The notes below the pieces were generated by a model. It saw nothing but the letters and a program-made list of their open reading frames with translations, did no database searches and was not told the DNA's origin. DNA of 64,000 bases from Candidatus Calditenuis fumarioli (GTDB lineage Archaea > Thermoproteota > Nitrososphaeria_A > Caldarchaeales > Calditenuaceae), in contig JANVYR010000001.1 of the NCBI GenBank assembly GCA_030059665.1, forward strand, positions 608,001-672,000. The letters are read 5' to 3'. The translations under genes were made by a program, and so were the position numbers. The first letter of the stretch is position 1. Each line of letters opens with the position of its first letter. Shown piece after piece: positions 55,092 through 64,000 of this stretch.

Positions 55092-55943
55092 TCAAGCGGC
55101 CAACGGCGGGAGGACGATTCCGACCAGCACGAAGAGCAGCCAGGGGCTCGAGAGCTTGAAGGACCTCCATGCGTTGGCCTCGTCAGGCCTCCTCAGCAAC
55201 CTCACCGTCTCCAACGCGAGCATGGCCGTCGGGACCGACGTCGTCAGCAGGAAGGGGACCGGGTCCTTGAGGAGGAGAGCCAGCGCGGCCCAGCAGGCCA
55301 GGAGCAGCGCGTTCGATGCGGCTATCGCGAGCGCCGTCGCCCTCACGCCCCTGGTAACAGGCATCATCGGAAGCCCGGCCCTCCTGTAGTCCTCGGAGGC
55401 CCTGATCGCGAGGCTCCAGAAGTGTCCCGGGGTCCAGAGGAGGACTAGCAGAGCCACCGCCACAGAGATGGGGGTGAAGGTTCCGGCCGCCGCAGCGGAC
55501 CCCGCGAGGGGAGGGAAGGAGCCGGCGACACCGCCGATCACGATGTTCAGGTCGGTCCTCCGCTTGAGGTAGAGGGTGTAGAGCAGCACGTAGGAGAGCG
55601 CTCCCAGGAGCATCGAGAGGGCCGTCAGCGGATTGAAGAGGACCAGCGCGAGTAGCGTGGAGGCGGAAGTCAGCGCTACTCCCAGGAGCAGCGCCGTACC
55701 CCTTCCCACCCTGCCGCTGGGAACTGGCCTCCGGGCGGTCCTCCTCATCTTCGCGTCGAGGTCCGCGTCGAGGGCGTTGTTCAGCGCGCTTGCCCCTCCA
55801 GCGGCCGCGTAGCCCAGGGCTCCGAGCAGCGGCAAACCCAGCGGTGCACCTCCGGAGGCGACGTAGCAGGCGAGAGCGGAGGCGACGTTCAGCAGGGTGA
55901 TCTTCGGCTTCGTCAGCGTCAGCAGGTCTCTGAGCAGTCCCAT
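55092..55943 (-). CDS. cyoE: protoheme IX farnesyltransferase (heme o synthase)
   Basis: LTKPKI, DADLDAKMRRTARRPVPSG, LWTPGHFWSL and DYRRAGLPM motifs. Confidence 0.93.
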   Translation of the reverse strand: MGLLRDLLTLTKPKITLLNVASALACYVASGGAPLGLPLLGALGYAAAGGASALNNALDADLDAKMRRTARRPVPSGRVGRGTALLLGVALTSASTLLALVLFNPLTALSMLLGALSYVLLYTLYLKRRTDLNIVIGGVAGSFPPLAGSAAAAGTFTPISVAVALLVLLWTPGHFWSLAIRASEDYRRAGLPMMPVTRGVRATALAIAASNALLLACWAALALLLKDPVPFLLTTSVPTAMLALETVRLLRRPDEANAWRSFKLSSPWLLFVLVGIVLPPLAA

Positions 55944-56041
55944 CCGCAGACGAGCAGGTGCTGCAGCAATTTACCTTCATCTCGTTTACGCGGTGGCAGG
56001 GCCGGAGCGTTCATCAGCGAGGAGGCCGTGTTGGGTCCGGA

Positions 56042-56584
56042 ATGGTCAGGGGAAGGCTCCTCCAGGACCTGACGGTCGAGGTTACCGGACCGGAGGCCAA
56101 CGAGGTCTACGGATGGGGGTTCGGCAGGCTCTCGGGGCCGAGGAGGCTCGTCCTTGAGCCCCACGAGGCGCTCTACCTGGTCGAGGAGGGGAGGCTGGAG
56201 GTCGAGAGGGACGGCGAGAAGCTCGGCGTGCAGGAGCTGCTGGACCTCTACGCCAGCTCGATCGAGGGCTTCTGGGTCAGGTACGTGATCTACAGGGACG
56301 TGAAGAGGAGGAGGCTGAGGGTTGGGAGGGGGCCGGACGACGTGCTCTTCCTTCGGGTCTTCGAGCGGGGGAGAACGGACACGGCCAGGTTCCTGGTGAT
56401 GCCGCTCTTCGAGGGCGAGCCGATCACCGTCGGCGAGCTGCTCAGGCGCTCACGTCAGTCGATGGACCAGGGGAAGCAGCTGCTCCTGGCTATCGTCGAG
56501 CGTCGCGGCGAGGTGATCTACTACCTCTGCACCGAGACCTCACCCGTGAGCCCGAGGCCAGGTCAGAAAGGTGGGGAGGGTTGA
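56042..56584 (+). CDS. tRNA splicing endonuclease subunit, probably the non-catalytic structural subunit
   Basis: LEPHEALYL, YVIYRDVKRR and LAIVERRGEVIYY; the catalytic KFG-x-DF-x-VY/His segment is not evident. Confidence 0.8.
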   Translation: MVRGRLLQDLTVEVTGPEANEVYGWGFGRLSGPRRLVLEPHEALYLVEEGRLEVERDGEKLGVQELLDLYASSIEGFWVRYVIYRDVKRRRLRVGRGPDDVLFLRVFERGRTDTARFLVMPLFEGEPITVGELLRRSRQSMDQGKQLLLAIVERRGEVIYYLCTETSPVSPRPGQKGGEG

Positions 56585-57441
56585 GGAAGGCAAAAGCGCT
56601 GCTGGCGCTGACGAGGCCTCCGAACGGCCTGATGATGTTCCTCGGCGTGCTCGCGGGTCACTTCGTCTCCTCCGGTCGGGCCCCCGAACCGCCCTCCGCT
56701 GCGCTGGCCTTCCTCACGGCCTACTGTCTCAACGGATCCTCGATGGCGGTGAACGACGTGATCGACCTCGACGTCGACCGGGTCAACGCTCCGGAGAGAC
56801 CTCTGCCCTCGGGTGCGATCAAAGTCCGTGAGGCCATCGTCCTCGCAGCCGCCCTCGGAGCCGTCGGCCTCTGGTCCTCGCTCCTTCTGGGGCCGGTGAC
56901 CTTCGCGATCGCGGTGGCATTCTACGCCGTTGCGCTCACATACAACGTCCTCCTGAAGCCTCTCGGTCTTCTCGGCAACGCGGCCGTCAGCTCCACCGTG
57001 GCAGCGCCATTCCTCTTCGGTTCCGCGATGGCGTCGGGGTCTCCGGAGGCTGGTGCAACGGCGCTCGCGCTCCTCGCGGGCCTCTCGAACCTCGGCAGGG
57101 AGGTGGTGAAGGGGATCGCGGACGTGGAGGGGGACAAGATTAGGGGCCTGCGGACGGTGGCGCTGAGCAGGGGCGAACGGTCTGCGGCCCTCATCGGAGC
57201 GTCCTTCGTGCTCGCAGCGGTGGCGCTCAGCCCCCTGCCCTACCTCCTCGGAGTGCTGGGCTGGGCGTACGTCCCGGTGGTGCTGGTCGCAGATGCCGGA
57301 TTCGTCTGGTCCTCCGCTTCCGTGATCAGGGACCCGAGCCCGGAGAACGCAAGGAGGGTGAAGAACCAGTACCTGCTATGGATGCTGGTGGCCCTGATCG
57401 CCTTCCTCCTCGGCTCCCTCACCGCCCCCAGGCCCGGCTAG
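56581..57441 (+). CDS. digeranylgeranylglyceryl phosphate synthase (UbiA family)
   Basis: LTRPPNG, NDVIDLDVDRVNAPERPLPSG and REVVKGIADVEGD. Confidence 0.9.
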   Translation: MRKAKALLALTRPPNGLMMFLGVLAGHFVSSGRAPEPPSAALAFLTAYCLNGSSMAVNDVIDLDVDRVNAPERPLPSGAIKVREAIVLAAALGAVGLWSSLLLGPVTFAIAVAFYAVALTYNVLLKPLGLLGNAAVSSTVAAPFLFGSAMASGSPEAGATALALLAGLSNLGREVVKGIADVEGDKIRGLRTVALSRGERSAALIGASFVLAAVALSPLPYLLGVLGWAYVPVVLVADAGFVWSSASVIRDPSPENARRVKNQYLLWMLVALIAFLLGSLTAPRPG

Positions 57442-58494
57442 CGCTTCCTCCTCTCCAAGGCCCCTGATCGCCGTGTAGAGCGCTATCAGCGCCGCTGGCG
57501 CGGCCAGCTCCGTCGGGAGCGTCACGTCAGGGCAGAGGTCGATCACCGCGTCCGCGAGCCTGAAGACTCCCTTAGGTATCCCCTCCCTCGACCCGAAGAG
57601 CAGGTTGATCCTGCGGCCACGCCTCAAGACCTCCGCGACCCTCTCGGCCTCCCGGTAGAGCTCCCTGCCCTCCGGCTCGAAGACGACGATCGGCTCGTCC
57701 CTCCTCGAGAGCACCAGCTGGTAGAGGTCCTGAACGACGACCCTCACCGGCTCAACCCTCCTGTGGTAGGTCCTCCGCTGGACCTCGAGCCGGGACTCTA
57801 TTCCCTCCCTCACGCCATCGATGAAGGCTGAGAGCTCGAAGGCGTCGCACTCACCGGCCGGAGCGATCACCAGCTCCCCGACCTCGAAGGCCTGCGCGAA
57901 CCTCCCCACCCTCCTGCCCACCTCCCTCGCGCCCTCGATCGACCCGAGGTACGGCATCTGGACGACCGAGACTCTCCTGAAGAACCTCCACGACCCGACC
58001 TTTCCCGGGACCATCTTCCTGTGCTCCTCGGAGCCCTCGACGACCGCGATCGCCGTCCGGTCACCGATCACCTCCACCATCACCACCTTCTCAGGGTTGT
58101 CCAGGTCGACTCTCGCGCCCGTGACGTTTTGCACGACCGCGCCGACCCTCGCGTTGATCTCAAGCGATGTGAAGCCGGATTTCGCCCTCCTCACCGTCCT
58201 GACCGCGAAGCTCTCACCCGGGCCTATCCTGTCCCTGACGACCTCCGCGGCCGCCCGCGCTATCTCGTCGGGCTCGGACCTCACCACCGCGAGTGGCCTG
58301 ATCACCCGCTCTGCCTCGGGGACCTCCGAGGAGATCTTCGAGAGGAGGGATTCCGGGTCAGTGCAGCGCTCGACGATCACCAGGCCGCGCAGGCCGAGTG
58401 GGGATGCAACGACCTCCGCTTCCCTGTCGAGAAGCAGTATCTTCGACCTGACGAGGCGCTCGAGCCCGAGAGGGGTCTTCACGATCAGCTCCAT
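57376..58494 (-). CDS. THUMP-SPOUT predicted RNA methyltransferase
   Basis: THUMP segment SFAVRTVRR...VDLDNP, followed by SPOUT-like knot FGSREGIP...DLCP. Confidence 0.8.
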   Translation of the reverse strand: MELIVKTPLGLERLVRSKILLLDREAEVVASPLGLRGLVIVERCTDPESLLSKISSEVPEAERVIRPLAVVRSEPDEIARAAAEVVRDRIGPGESFAVRTVRRAKSGFTSLEINARVGAVVQNVTGARVDLDNPEKVVMVEVIGDRTAIAVVEGSEEHRKMVPGKVGSWRFFRRVSVVQMPYLGSIEGAREVGRRVGRFAQAFEVGELVIAPAGECDAFELSAFIDGVREGIESRLEVQRRTYHRRVEPVRVVVQDLYQLVLSRRDEPIVVFEPEGRELYREAERVAEVLRRGRRINLLFGSREGIPKGVFRLADAVIDLCPDVTLPTELAAPAALIALYTAIRGLGEEEALAGPGGGEGAEEEGDQGHQHP

Positions 58495-58497
58495 TCT

Positions 58498-58938
58498 CTA
58501 AGCGAGGACGAGGCGCTCGACCTTGAAGTGCCTCCGCAGCAGCTCCCGGACCGCCTTCAGGTTCTTCCCGCCCTTCCCTATCGCCTTCCCCTTCTCCTCC
58601 TCCGGTACGCGGACGATCGCGGTCACCTTCCCGTCGCGCTCGGTTATCTCGACCTCCTTCACGTTCGCCGGCAGCATCGCGTTCACCAGGAACTCCTTCA
58701 GGTCGTCCGAGTGCTCGACCACCTTCACCCTCTTCCCACCCAGCAGCTGGCTGAGGTCCGTGAGCTTCCTTCCGCCCTCCCCTACGGCCTTCCCCGCGTC
58801 GCCCTTCCTCACCATGAAGACGATGAGGTCGTCGAGCTCGAGGTAGTCAAGCACCTCGACGTCGGTGAGCTGCTCGAAGATCGCGATGTACCTCCACTCC
58901 TTCTCCGTGATCTTCAGCCCCTCCCTGTTGGAGGGCAT
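58498..58938 (-). CDS. nusA: archaeal NusA
   Basis: GKAVGEGG and KGKAIGKGGKN KH motifs; follows rpl30e. Confidence 0.93.
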   Translation of the reverse strand: MPSNREGLKITEKEWRYIAIFEQLTDVEVLDYLELDDLIVFMVRKGDAGKAVGEGGRKLTDLSQLLGGKRVKVVEHSDDLKEFLVNAMLPANVKEVEITERDGKVTAIVRVPEEEKGKAIGKGGKNLKAVRELLRRHFKVERLVLA

Positions 58939-58942
58939 CGCC

Positions 58943-59236
58943 TCAACCTCCCCTGCCGAGCGACGAGGACCCGGGATCTATCACTGCGACCGTCGAGGCG
59001 TGGAACGGCTTGCCGAGAAGCCTCCCCAGCTCCATCGAGCTCATCCCTGTCTCGATCACCTGGATCCCCGTCATTTTCGAGGCGGCCATCAGCTCGGCCC
59101 TGAACTTCTCCGGACAGTCCTTAGCGATCAGCACGGCCTTCGACTCGCGGCGGAGCATCGAGAGGTACGACTGCCTGAATCCGAGCACGAACTTCCCCGT
59201 CCTCCGCAACACGGTCAGCTCCGTTTTGACGTCCAT
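58943..59236 (-). CDS. rpl30e: 50S ribosomal protein L30e
   Basis: RTGKFVLG, IAKDCP, ELGRLLGKPF and VIDPGSS. Confidence 0.94.
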   Translation of the reverse strand: MDVKTELTVLRRTGKFVLGFRQSYLSMLRRESKAVLIAKDCPEKFRAELMAASKMTGIQVIETGMSSMELGRLLGKPFHASTVAVIDPGSSSLGRGG

Positions 59237-59412
59237 GCTTCGTCGATGTATTCTATCATCCGCTCTTTAATAAGATGTTCGCTGCATCGGCCGCCATTGA
59301 GGGGATCACCGCGTTGGGGGTAAGTCCACCCTGTGGACCTGGCCTGCTATTATTCCGTTCGCCGGCGGGCCAGCAAAAGCTCATAACTGGGACGGGAATC
59401 AAAAAGTCGGGC

Positions 59413-59574
59413 TTGAAGCTCATCAGCGTCAAGCTCCCGGAGGCCCTGATAGAGGGCATGGACGAGCTCGTCCGGCGAGGGCTCTACCCGAGCAGGTCGG
59501 CGATCCTCAGGGCCGCGGTGAGGGACCTCCTCAGGAGGGAGCTGTGGGGGGAGGAGGGGAAGGAAGAGGAGTGA
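59413..59574 (+). CDS. ribbon-helix-helix protein
   Basis: LISVKLPEALIEGMDELVRRGLYPSRSAILRAAVRDLL; start placed at TTG 59413. Confidence 0.88.
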   Translation: MKLISVKLPEALIEGMDELVRRGLYPSRSAILRAAVRDLLRRELWGEEGKEEE

Positions 59575-59632
59575 GGGCGCAACCCGGTTGAGGTGTCAGG
59601 GTTAAAGGGGACGGATCACGGCAAAGTGGGGA

Positions 59633-60391
59633 ATGAAGCTGGAGGTAGTCGATCTCTGGGCCGGAACCGAGGGCAAGACGATCCTCAAGGGCCTCAACCT
59701 GAGGGTCGGGCAGGGCGAGGTCCACGCGCTGATGGGACCCAACGGCTCCGGGAAGAGCACGGCCGCGTACGTGATCATGGGGCATCCGAAGTACACGGTG
59801 GAAAGGGGTGACATCCTCCTCGACGGCGAGAGTGTCCTCAACCTTACCCCGGACCAGCGGGCGAAGAAGGGCCTCTTCCTGGCGTTCCAGTACCCGATCG
59901 AGATCTCCGGCGTCACGATGGCTAACTTCCTGAGGAAGGCCTTCCTGAGCGTCTACGGTGAAGAGGGGAAGAAGGTCTCTCCCTCCGAGTTCCACCGGAG
60001 GCTGGTGGAGAACTTCAGGCTCCTCCAGCTCGACGAGTCCTTCACCAGGCGTTACCTCAACGAGGGCTTCTCCGGAGGCGAGAAGAAGAGGTCCGAGATC
60101 GTCCAGATGGTGACGCTCAGGCCCAAGATCGCCATCCTCGACGAGACCGACTCGGGGCTCGACATCGACAGCGTGAAGGTCGTGGCCGCGGCGGTCAGGA
60201 GGGCCGTGGACGAGACCGGGGTCGGGGTTCTCGTGATCACTCATTACGCCAGGATCCTGAACTACCTCAAGCCCGATTACGTCCACGTGATGTACGACGG
60301 TCGCATCGTCGTCAGCGGTGGCCCGGAGCTGGCCCAGGAGCTCGAGCGCGTGGGCTACAAGGGGATAGAGGAGAAGTACCTCTCCAGCTGA
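59633..60391 (+). CDS. sufC: Fe-S cluster assembly ATPase SufC
   Basis: GPNGSGKST, LAFQYP, NEGFSGGEKKR, LDETDSGLDID and ITHY. Confidence 0.96.
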   Translation: MKLEVVDLWAGTEGKTILKGLNLRVGQGEVHALMGPNGSGKSTAAYVIMGHPKYTVERGDILLDGESVLNLTPDQRAKKGLFLAFQYPIEISGVTMANFLRKAFLSVYGEEGKKVSPSEFHRRLVENFRLLQLDESFTRRYLNEGFSGGEKKRSEIVQMVTLRPKIAILDETDSGLDIDSVKVVAAAVRRAVDETGVGVLVITHYARILNYLKPDYVHVMYDGRIVVSGGPELAQELERVGYKGIEEKYLSS

Positions 60392-60586
60392 GCGCCAGAG
60401 CACGTCGTTCTGTCCGATCGCCTGCGAGATCGCACCGAACCGCGGTCTCAGACCATCGCACATCTCTAGCCTGAGCTTCCGCTCCACACCGGCATCGCAT
60501 CCGCATGACCTCGGTATCGACGCCCGAACTACTGGGCGTCCCACTACACAGCAGACCTTTATAAGAAACCTGAGGGCTCGCCTACC

Positions 60587-60715
60587 GTGCTGCCCAAGAC
60601 CTTCTCTGAGGAAGAAGAATGGGAGGAAGAGGAGTGGGAGGAGGAAGAGGACTTCGAGGAGGAGGAATGGGAGGAAGAGGAGGAAGAGTGGGAAGAGGAA
60701 GAGGAGGAGTTCTGA
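60587..60715 (+). CDS. 42-aa ultra-acidic Glu/Trp microprotein; absent from ORF track
   Basis: GTG...TGA frame MLPKTFSEEEEWEEEEWEEEEDFEEEEWEEEEEEWEEEEEEF; TTTATAA box 23 nt upstream; mixed GAG/GAA codons. Confidence 0.7.
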   Translation: MLPKTFSEEEEWEEEEWEEEEDFEEEEWEEEEEEWEEEEEEF

Positions 60716-60901
60716 GGGCATACCAAACCCCGCCTCCAATTTTTAGTGGGCTTTCACGTCATCCGGTCATCTTGTCCCTCGTTCGTCCGCCGGCCTACGC
60801 CTTCTCAGCGGCATCGAGGTTCCAATGGAAACAAAGGTCTGACGCCCCACTTCCTATGCATTGAAACCAAATCTATATTTCCTATAGAACATTGGGTTGT
60901 C

Positions 60902-61798
60902 GTGCCTAAGGTCGAGGAGAGGAGGGTGCAGCAGCTCCGGGGGAGCTCCTACGTCCTCACGCTGCCGAAGGAGTGGGTGGAGGCCTCTGGTCTGAAGAAG
61001 GGAATGGGCGTGATCGTGATCCACGAGCCGGGCCTCCTCAGGGTAGTACCTGCGGGGAGGAGGAAGCTCGAGATCTCGACGACGTTCGAGACCGCGACGC
61101 CCGAGCAGATCGAGATGCTGGTGACCGCCTGCTACGAGCTGGGCTGCTCTTCGCTCACGATCTCCTCCAGGTCTGGCGTTGGTGAGGAGCTGAGGAGCGC
61201 GCTCAAGAGGCTCCGGGAGGAGCTCCAGGGGGCCTTCCTCACGCAGCATTCGGAGGGCGTGATCTCCGTCGAGATCTCCGACGTCCCCTTCAAGTCCTTC
61301 GAGCAGTCGGTCTCGATCCTCCTCCAGTCGCTGGTCCGATTGGTCAGGTACGCCGAATCCGCAGGCCCCAAGCTCAGCAGGGAGGAGCTCGAGGAGATGC
61401 TCCGCGACGCCCGCGGTTACGGGTCGGCTTTGATGAGGTACGTCTCGACAGCCTTCTCGTCGCCTGACGGTGCCCTCCCCCACTACGTGATGCCCCTGAT
61501 GGTGGAGGTGGCGGTGAGGATGAAGGACCTGGTCTCATCGATCGGCGAGCTGCTGGAGGGGGGGCAGTGGACGCCCGGTGCGCTCGCGGAGATCGAGCGG
61601 GTCCTCGAGATGATGAGCCTGCAGGTGGCTGACCTCCTCTCGCCGGGCGCGCAGGAGGAGCTCATGAGGCTGAGGAAGGAGGCGAGGGTCCTCCGCGAGG
61701 GAAAGGCCCACCCAGAGGTGCAGCAGGTGTTGCGGGAGGTCGAGAGGCTTCTAACGTCGCTGATCAGGCTCAACGCGGTGGTCGTCACGAGCGCCTGA
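60902..61798 (+). CDS. PhoU-family regulator with N-terminal AbrB/SpoVT domain
   Basis: RRVQQLRGSSYVLTLPKEWV AbrB motif followed by helical PhoU-like repeats; start placed at GTG 60902. Confidence 0.82.
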   Translation: MPKVEERRVQQLRGSSYVLTLPKEWVEASGLKKGMGVIVIHEPGLLRVVPAGRRKLEISTTFETATPEQIEMLVTACYELGCSSLTISSRSGVGEELRSALKRLREELQGAFLTQHSEGVISVEISDVPFKSFEQSVSILLQSLVRLVRYAESAGPKLSREELEEMLRDARGYGSALMRYVSTAFSSPDGALPHYVMPLMVEVAVRMKDLVSSIGELLEGGQWTPGALAEIERVLEMMSLQVADLLSPGAQEELMRLRKEARVLREGKAHPEVQQVLREVERLLTSLIRLNAVVVTSA

Positions 61799-62561
61799 CC
61801 GCCAGCAAGTCCACAACCACGTGGACCTGTTCCGGCGAGTACGACTTCACCTCCCTGACCCAGACCGGTGCCGCTGCGTACCCGAGGTCCCTGGCCCTCC
61901 TCACCACCTCGCCCGCGAAGGCCTCCACGTCATCGCGGTTCACGACCTCGTGGACGTGCACCACGCCACCCGATGGCCTCAGCGCGGAAAGGGCGTAGGG
62001 CAGGAAATCGATGGTGCCGCCGAAGTAGCCCATGATCACCCTGTCCGCAACTGGTCCCAGCTCCCTCACCACGTCCCTGCAGTCTCCGAGGTGGGGCACC
62101 ACCAGCTCTTCAACGCGGTTACGCCTGACGTTCCTCACCAAGAAGCTGTAAGCATCGGGGTTGATCTCGACGCTGTGGACCCTGACGGGCCTCGCGTGGA
62201 CCGCGATCGGCATCGTGAACTGTCCCACCCCCGCGAACATGTCGACGACCACCTCCCACGTCCTGACCGTTGCCGCGGTCCTGAGGCGTTCGAACTTGTT
62301 GCCCAAAGAGAGCATGAGGTTCGCGGCGTCGATCTCGTACTCCACCCCAGCCTCCCGGTAGACCGTCACGACCGGCTCCTCCCCCTTGATCAGCCTCACC
62401 CTCGGCCTCCTAAGCGGTCCCTCGATGCCCTCGTAGACCAGCACCCACCTCACCACGGGATGCCGCGACTCGACGTACCGCAGGGCCTCTCCCTCGTCCT
62501 GACCCGGTCGAAGCCTCAGCAGCACCACCTCACCCAGCACCTTGTAGCTGAACCCGCTCAA
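61785..62561 (-). CDS. taw2: Taw2/Trm5-family SAM-dependent tRNA-37 modification enzyme, Taw2-like
   Basis: LGNKFER, DMFAGVG and ADRVIMGY; the MGY motif is Taw2-like rather than Trm5 MNLP. Confidence 0.8.
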   Translation of the reverse strand: MSGFSYKVLGEVVLLRLRPGQDEGEALRYVESRHPVVRWVLVYEGIEGPLRRPRVRLIKGEEPVVTVYREAGVEYEIDAANLMLSLGNKFERLRTAATVRTWEVVVDMFAGVGQFTMPIAVHARPVRVHSVEINPDAYSFLVRNVRRNRVEELVVPHLGDCRDVVRELGPVADRVIMGYFGGTIDFLPYALSALRPSGGVVHVHEVVNRDDVEAFAGEVVRRARDLGYAAAPVWVREVKSYSPEQVHVVVDLLAVRRS

Positions 62562-63721
62562 GCCGCGCCGCGCCTTCCGAGGGACGTCACGAGCTCGACT
62601 ATCCTCCTGAGACCTCCGAGCCTCCCCGTCAGCTCCGCGTAGTCATCAAAGGGCCTTCTGTCCAGCTCAAGGGCCCTCATCACGCCCGCACGGAGCGATT
62701 CCGGCGTCAGCGTCCTCTGGTCCAGGACGACCGCGAGCCCCTTCGACTCGGCTGAGGAAGCGTTACCGAGCTGCTCCGCGTGATCAGGGACCGGCAGGAG
62801 CACCATCCTGCACCCGAAGGCGATCGACTTCAGCACCGTCGTCTGGCCTGCCCTCGAGACGACCACGTCCGCGGCGGCCAGCGCCAAGTGCTCGTCCTGC
62901 AACCAGGGAACGATCCTCCACTTCCCGTTTACGCGGACCTCGCTCGATCCCGGCTCCCCCAACGAGAATAGGACCTGGAGGTCCTTGATGCCGTCCAGGG
63001 CGGCAAAGACCCGCTCCCTGAAGGCCCTCCTCTCCGCGGATGGTCCGGTGGTCAGGACGCAGACCAGCGGCTCGTCTGGGCTGAAGCCCATCAGCTCCTT
63101 CGCCCGCTCCCTGTCAGGGTACGACTCCGGACCCCTATCGAGTACGGGCCCCACGAACTCGACCCTGCGCTCCTCTCCTCGCCTCATGTGGAGGTTCCTC
63201 GAGGATATCGTGTATGGCGGAGGGTAGTCGGCGATCGCCACCCGGTCCGAGAGGTTCCAGACCCTCGGGACGATGTCTATCAGACCGTTCGCGACCGATG
63301 CGGCCCTCGGATGATTCCTGTGACCCAGCACGGTCCTGTACTGGTTCAGAAGCGTCACGACCGGTAGGCCGAGAGCCTTCGCCGCCAGAACGGCCGAGGC
63401 CCTCGTGTCGGAGAGGACCACGTCGGGCCTCCAGGACTCCATCAGCGCCATCTCCTGAAACACCTGCTGGGAAACCATCAGGGGCAGGAAGACGTTCCTG
63501 AGCGCGGTCCACCTGACGCTGACGCCTCCTCCGGGAGCCCTGCCGTAATCGACGCCCCTTACCGGGTTGACCTCGAGGCCGGAGGACCTGAGGTAGTCGA
63601 GGCCGTCTCCGTACGAACTTATGGCGACCTCATCTCCCCGCTCCAGCAGGTACCTCACCACAGCGAGCGACCTGGAGGCGTGACCGAAGCCGATGCCGCA
63701 GATCGCGACGTGGACCCTCAC
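62558..63721 (-). CDS. GT-B glycosyltransferase (MJ1255/MurG-like)
   Basis: GIGFGHASRS, ADVVVSRAGQTT and HAEQLGNA motifs. Confidence 0.88.
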   Translation of the reverse strand: MRVHVAICGIGFGHASRSLAVVRYLLERGDEVAISSYGDGLDYLRSSGLEVNPVRGVDYGRAPGGGVSVRWTALRNVFLPLMVSQQVFQEMALMESWRPDVVLSDTRASAVLAAKALGLPVVTLLNQYRTVLGHRNHPRAASVANGLIDIVPRVWNLSDRVAIADYPPPYTISSRNLHMRRGEERRVEFVGPVLDRGPESYPDRERAKELMGFSPDEPLVCVLTTGPSAERRAFRERVFAALDGIKDLQVLFSLGEPGSSEVRVNGKWRIVPWLQDEHLALAAADVVVSRAGQTTVLKSIAFGCRMVLLPVPDHAEQLGNASSAESKGLAVVLDQRTLTPESLRAGVMRALELDRRPFDDYAELTGRLGGLRRIVELVTSLGRRGAA

Positions 63722-63736
63722 CTTCCAACCCTCGGA

Positions 63737-64000
63737 TCAAGCCCTGCAGGCCTTGAGCTCCACCCTCCTCACCGGCCCCCTCGGGTACTCCTCCGCGAAG
63801 AGCTCCGCCTCGAACCTGTAGACGCGGGACCTTGGGTTGAGCCACTCGGTCGGACCGAGGCCGGCCTTGAAGCAGAGGTTCACAAGGAACTCCTCCGCGT
63901 CCCATCCGTACTCTACAGGGACCTGGGGAAGGAGGAGACCGGCCCTCTCTCCGAGCTCGATGATGAGGCCGTGCCTTCCGACCTCGACCTCCCTCGGCAA
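63737..64000 (-). CDS. AMMECR1-domain protein (5'-truncated by window edge)
   Basis: VGRHGLII, GLLLPQVPVEYGWD and LC.KAGL motifs. Confidence 0.9.
   Translation of the reverse strand: MPREVEVGRHGLIIELGERAGLLLPQVPVEYGWDAEEFLVNLCFKAGLGPTEWLNPRSRVYRFEAELFAEEYPRGPVRRVELKACRA

Noticed and set aside
60312-60506. Short minus-strand ORF downstream of sufC
   Set aside because: It overlaps the sufC 3' end, has Arg/Pro-rich shadow-like composition and no motif.
60600-60712. GAG/GAA-rich tract as a simple repeat or CRISPR-like array
   Set aside because: There are no fixed repeat-spacer units; the variation is synonymous within one open frame, so it is treated as coding.
1-64000. CRISPR arrays, cas genes and rRNA genes
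   Set aside because: No regularly spaced direct repeats, Cas motifs or rRNA-like sequence were seen.

Overview
High-GC archaeal chromosomal segment, gene-dense and mostly housekeeping. The gene content is TACK-like and probably thermophilic; an Aigarchaeota-like assignment is plausible but cannot be established from sequence alone. Housekeeping genes include class I LysRS, class II ribonucleotide reductase with a LAGLIDADG intein, RNA polymerase subunits E', P and K, Spt4, NusA, thermosome, his genes, glnA, argF, acnA, sufC, taw2 and several ribosomal proteins. The main result is a 1.3-kb lower-GC element (18819-20120) inserted in tRNA-Asn(GTT). It encodes a short IS110/Tas-like RuvC+Nop-type protein that lacks the usual catalytic-serine loop. 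Directly downstream is a structured RNA with two symmetric 9-nt guides, each in a GCAA-guide-GAAUGC frame, that match opposite strands of the intron-less tRNA-Asn target TAGAGCGCC-C-GGCTGTTAA. The element supplies a new promoter and a replacement tRNA 5' half. That half carries a non-canonical 24/25 intron which destroys the target site and whose 3' end is also the element's terminal inverted repeat. Other notable items are a ~6-kb degenerate tailed-virus-like module (terminase, head-tail connector-like, COG2401-like ATPase-GNAT), a haloarchaeal-type phosphomevalonate decarboxylase, a probable CTG-initiated Spt4, an unannotated 42-aa Glu/Trp microprotein and two candidate ncRNAs. No CRISPR array was seen.
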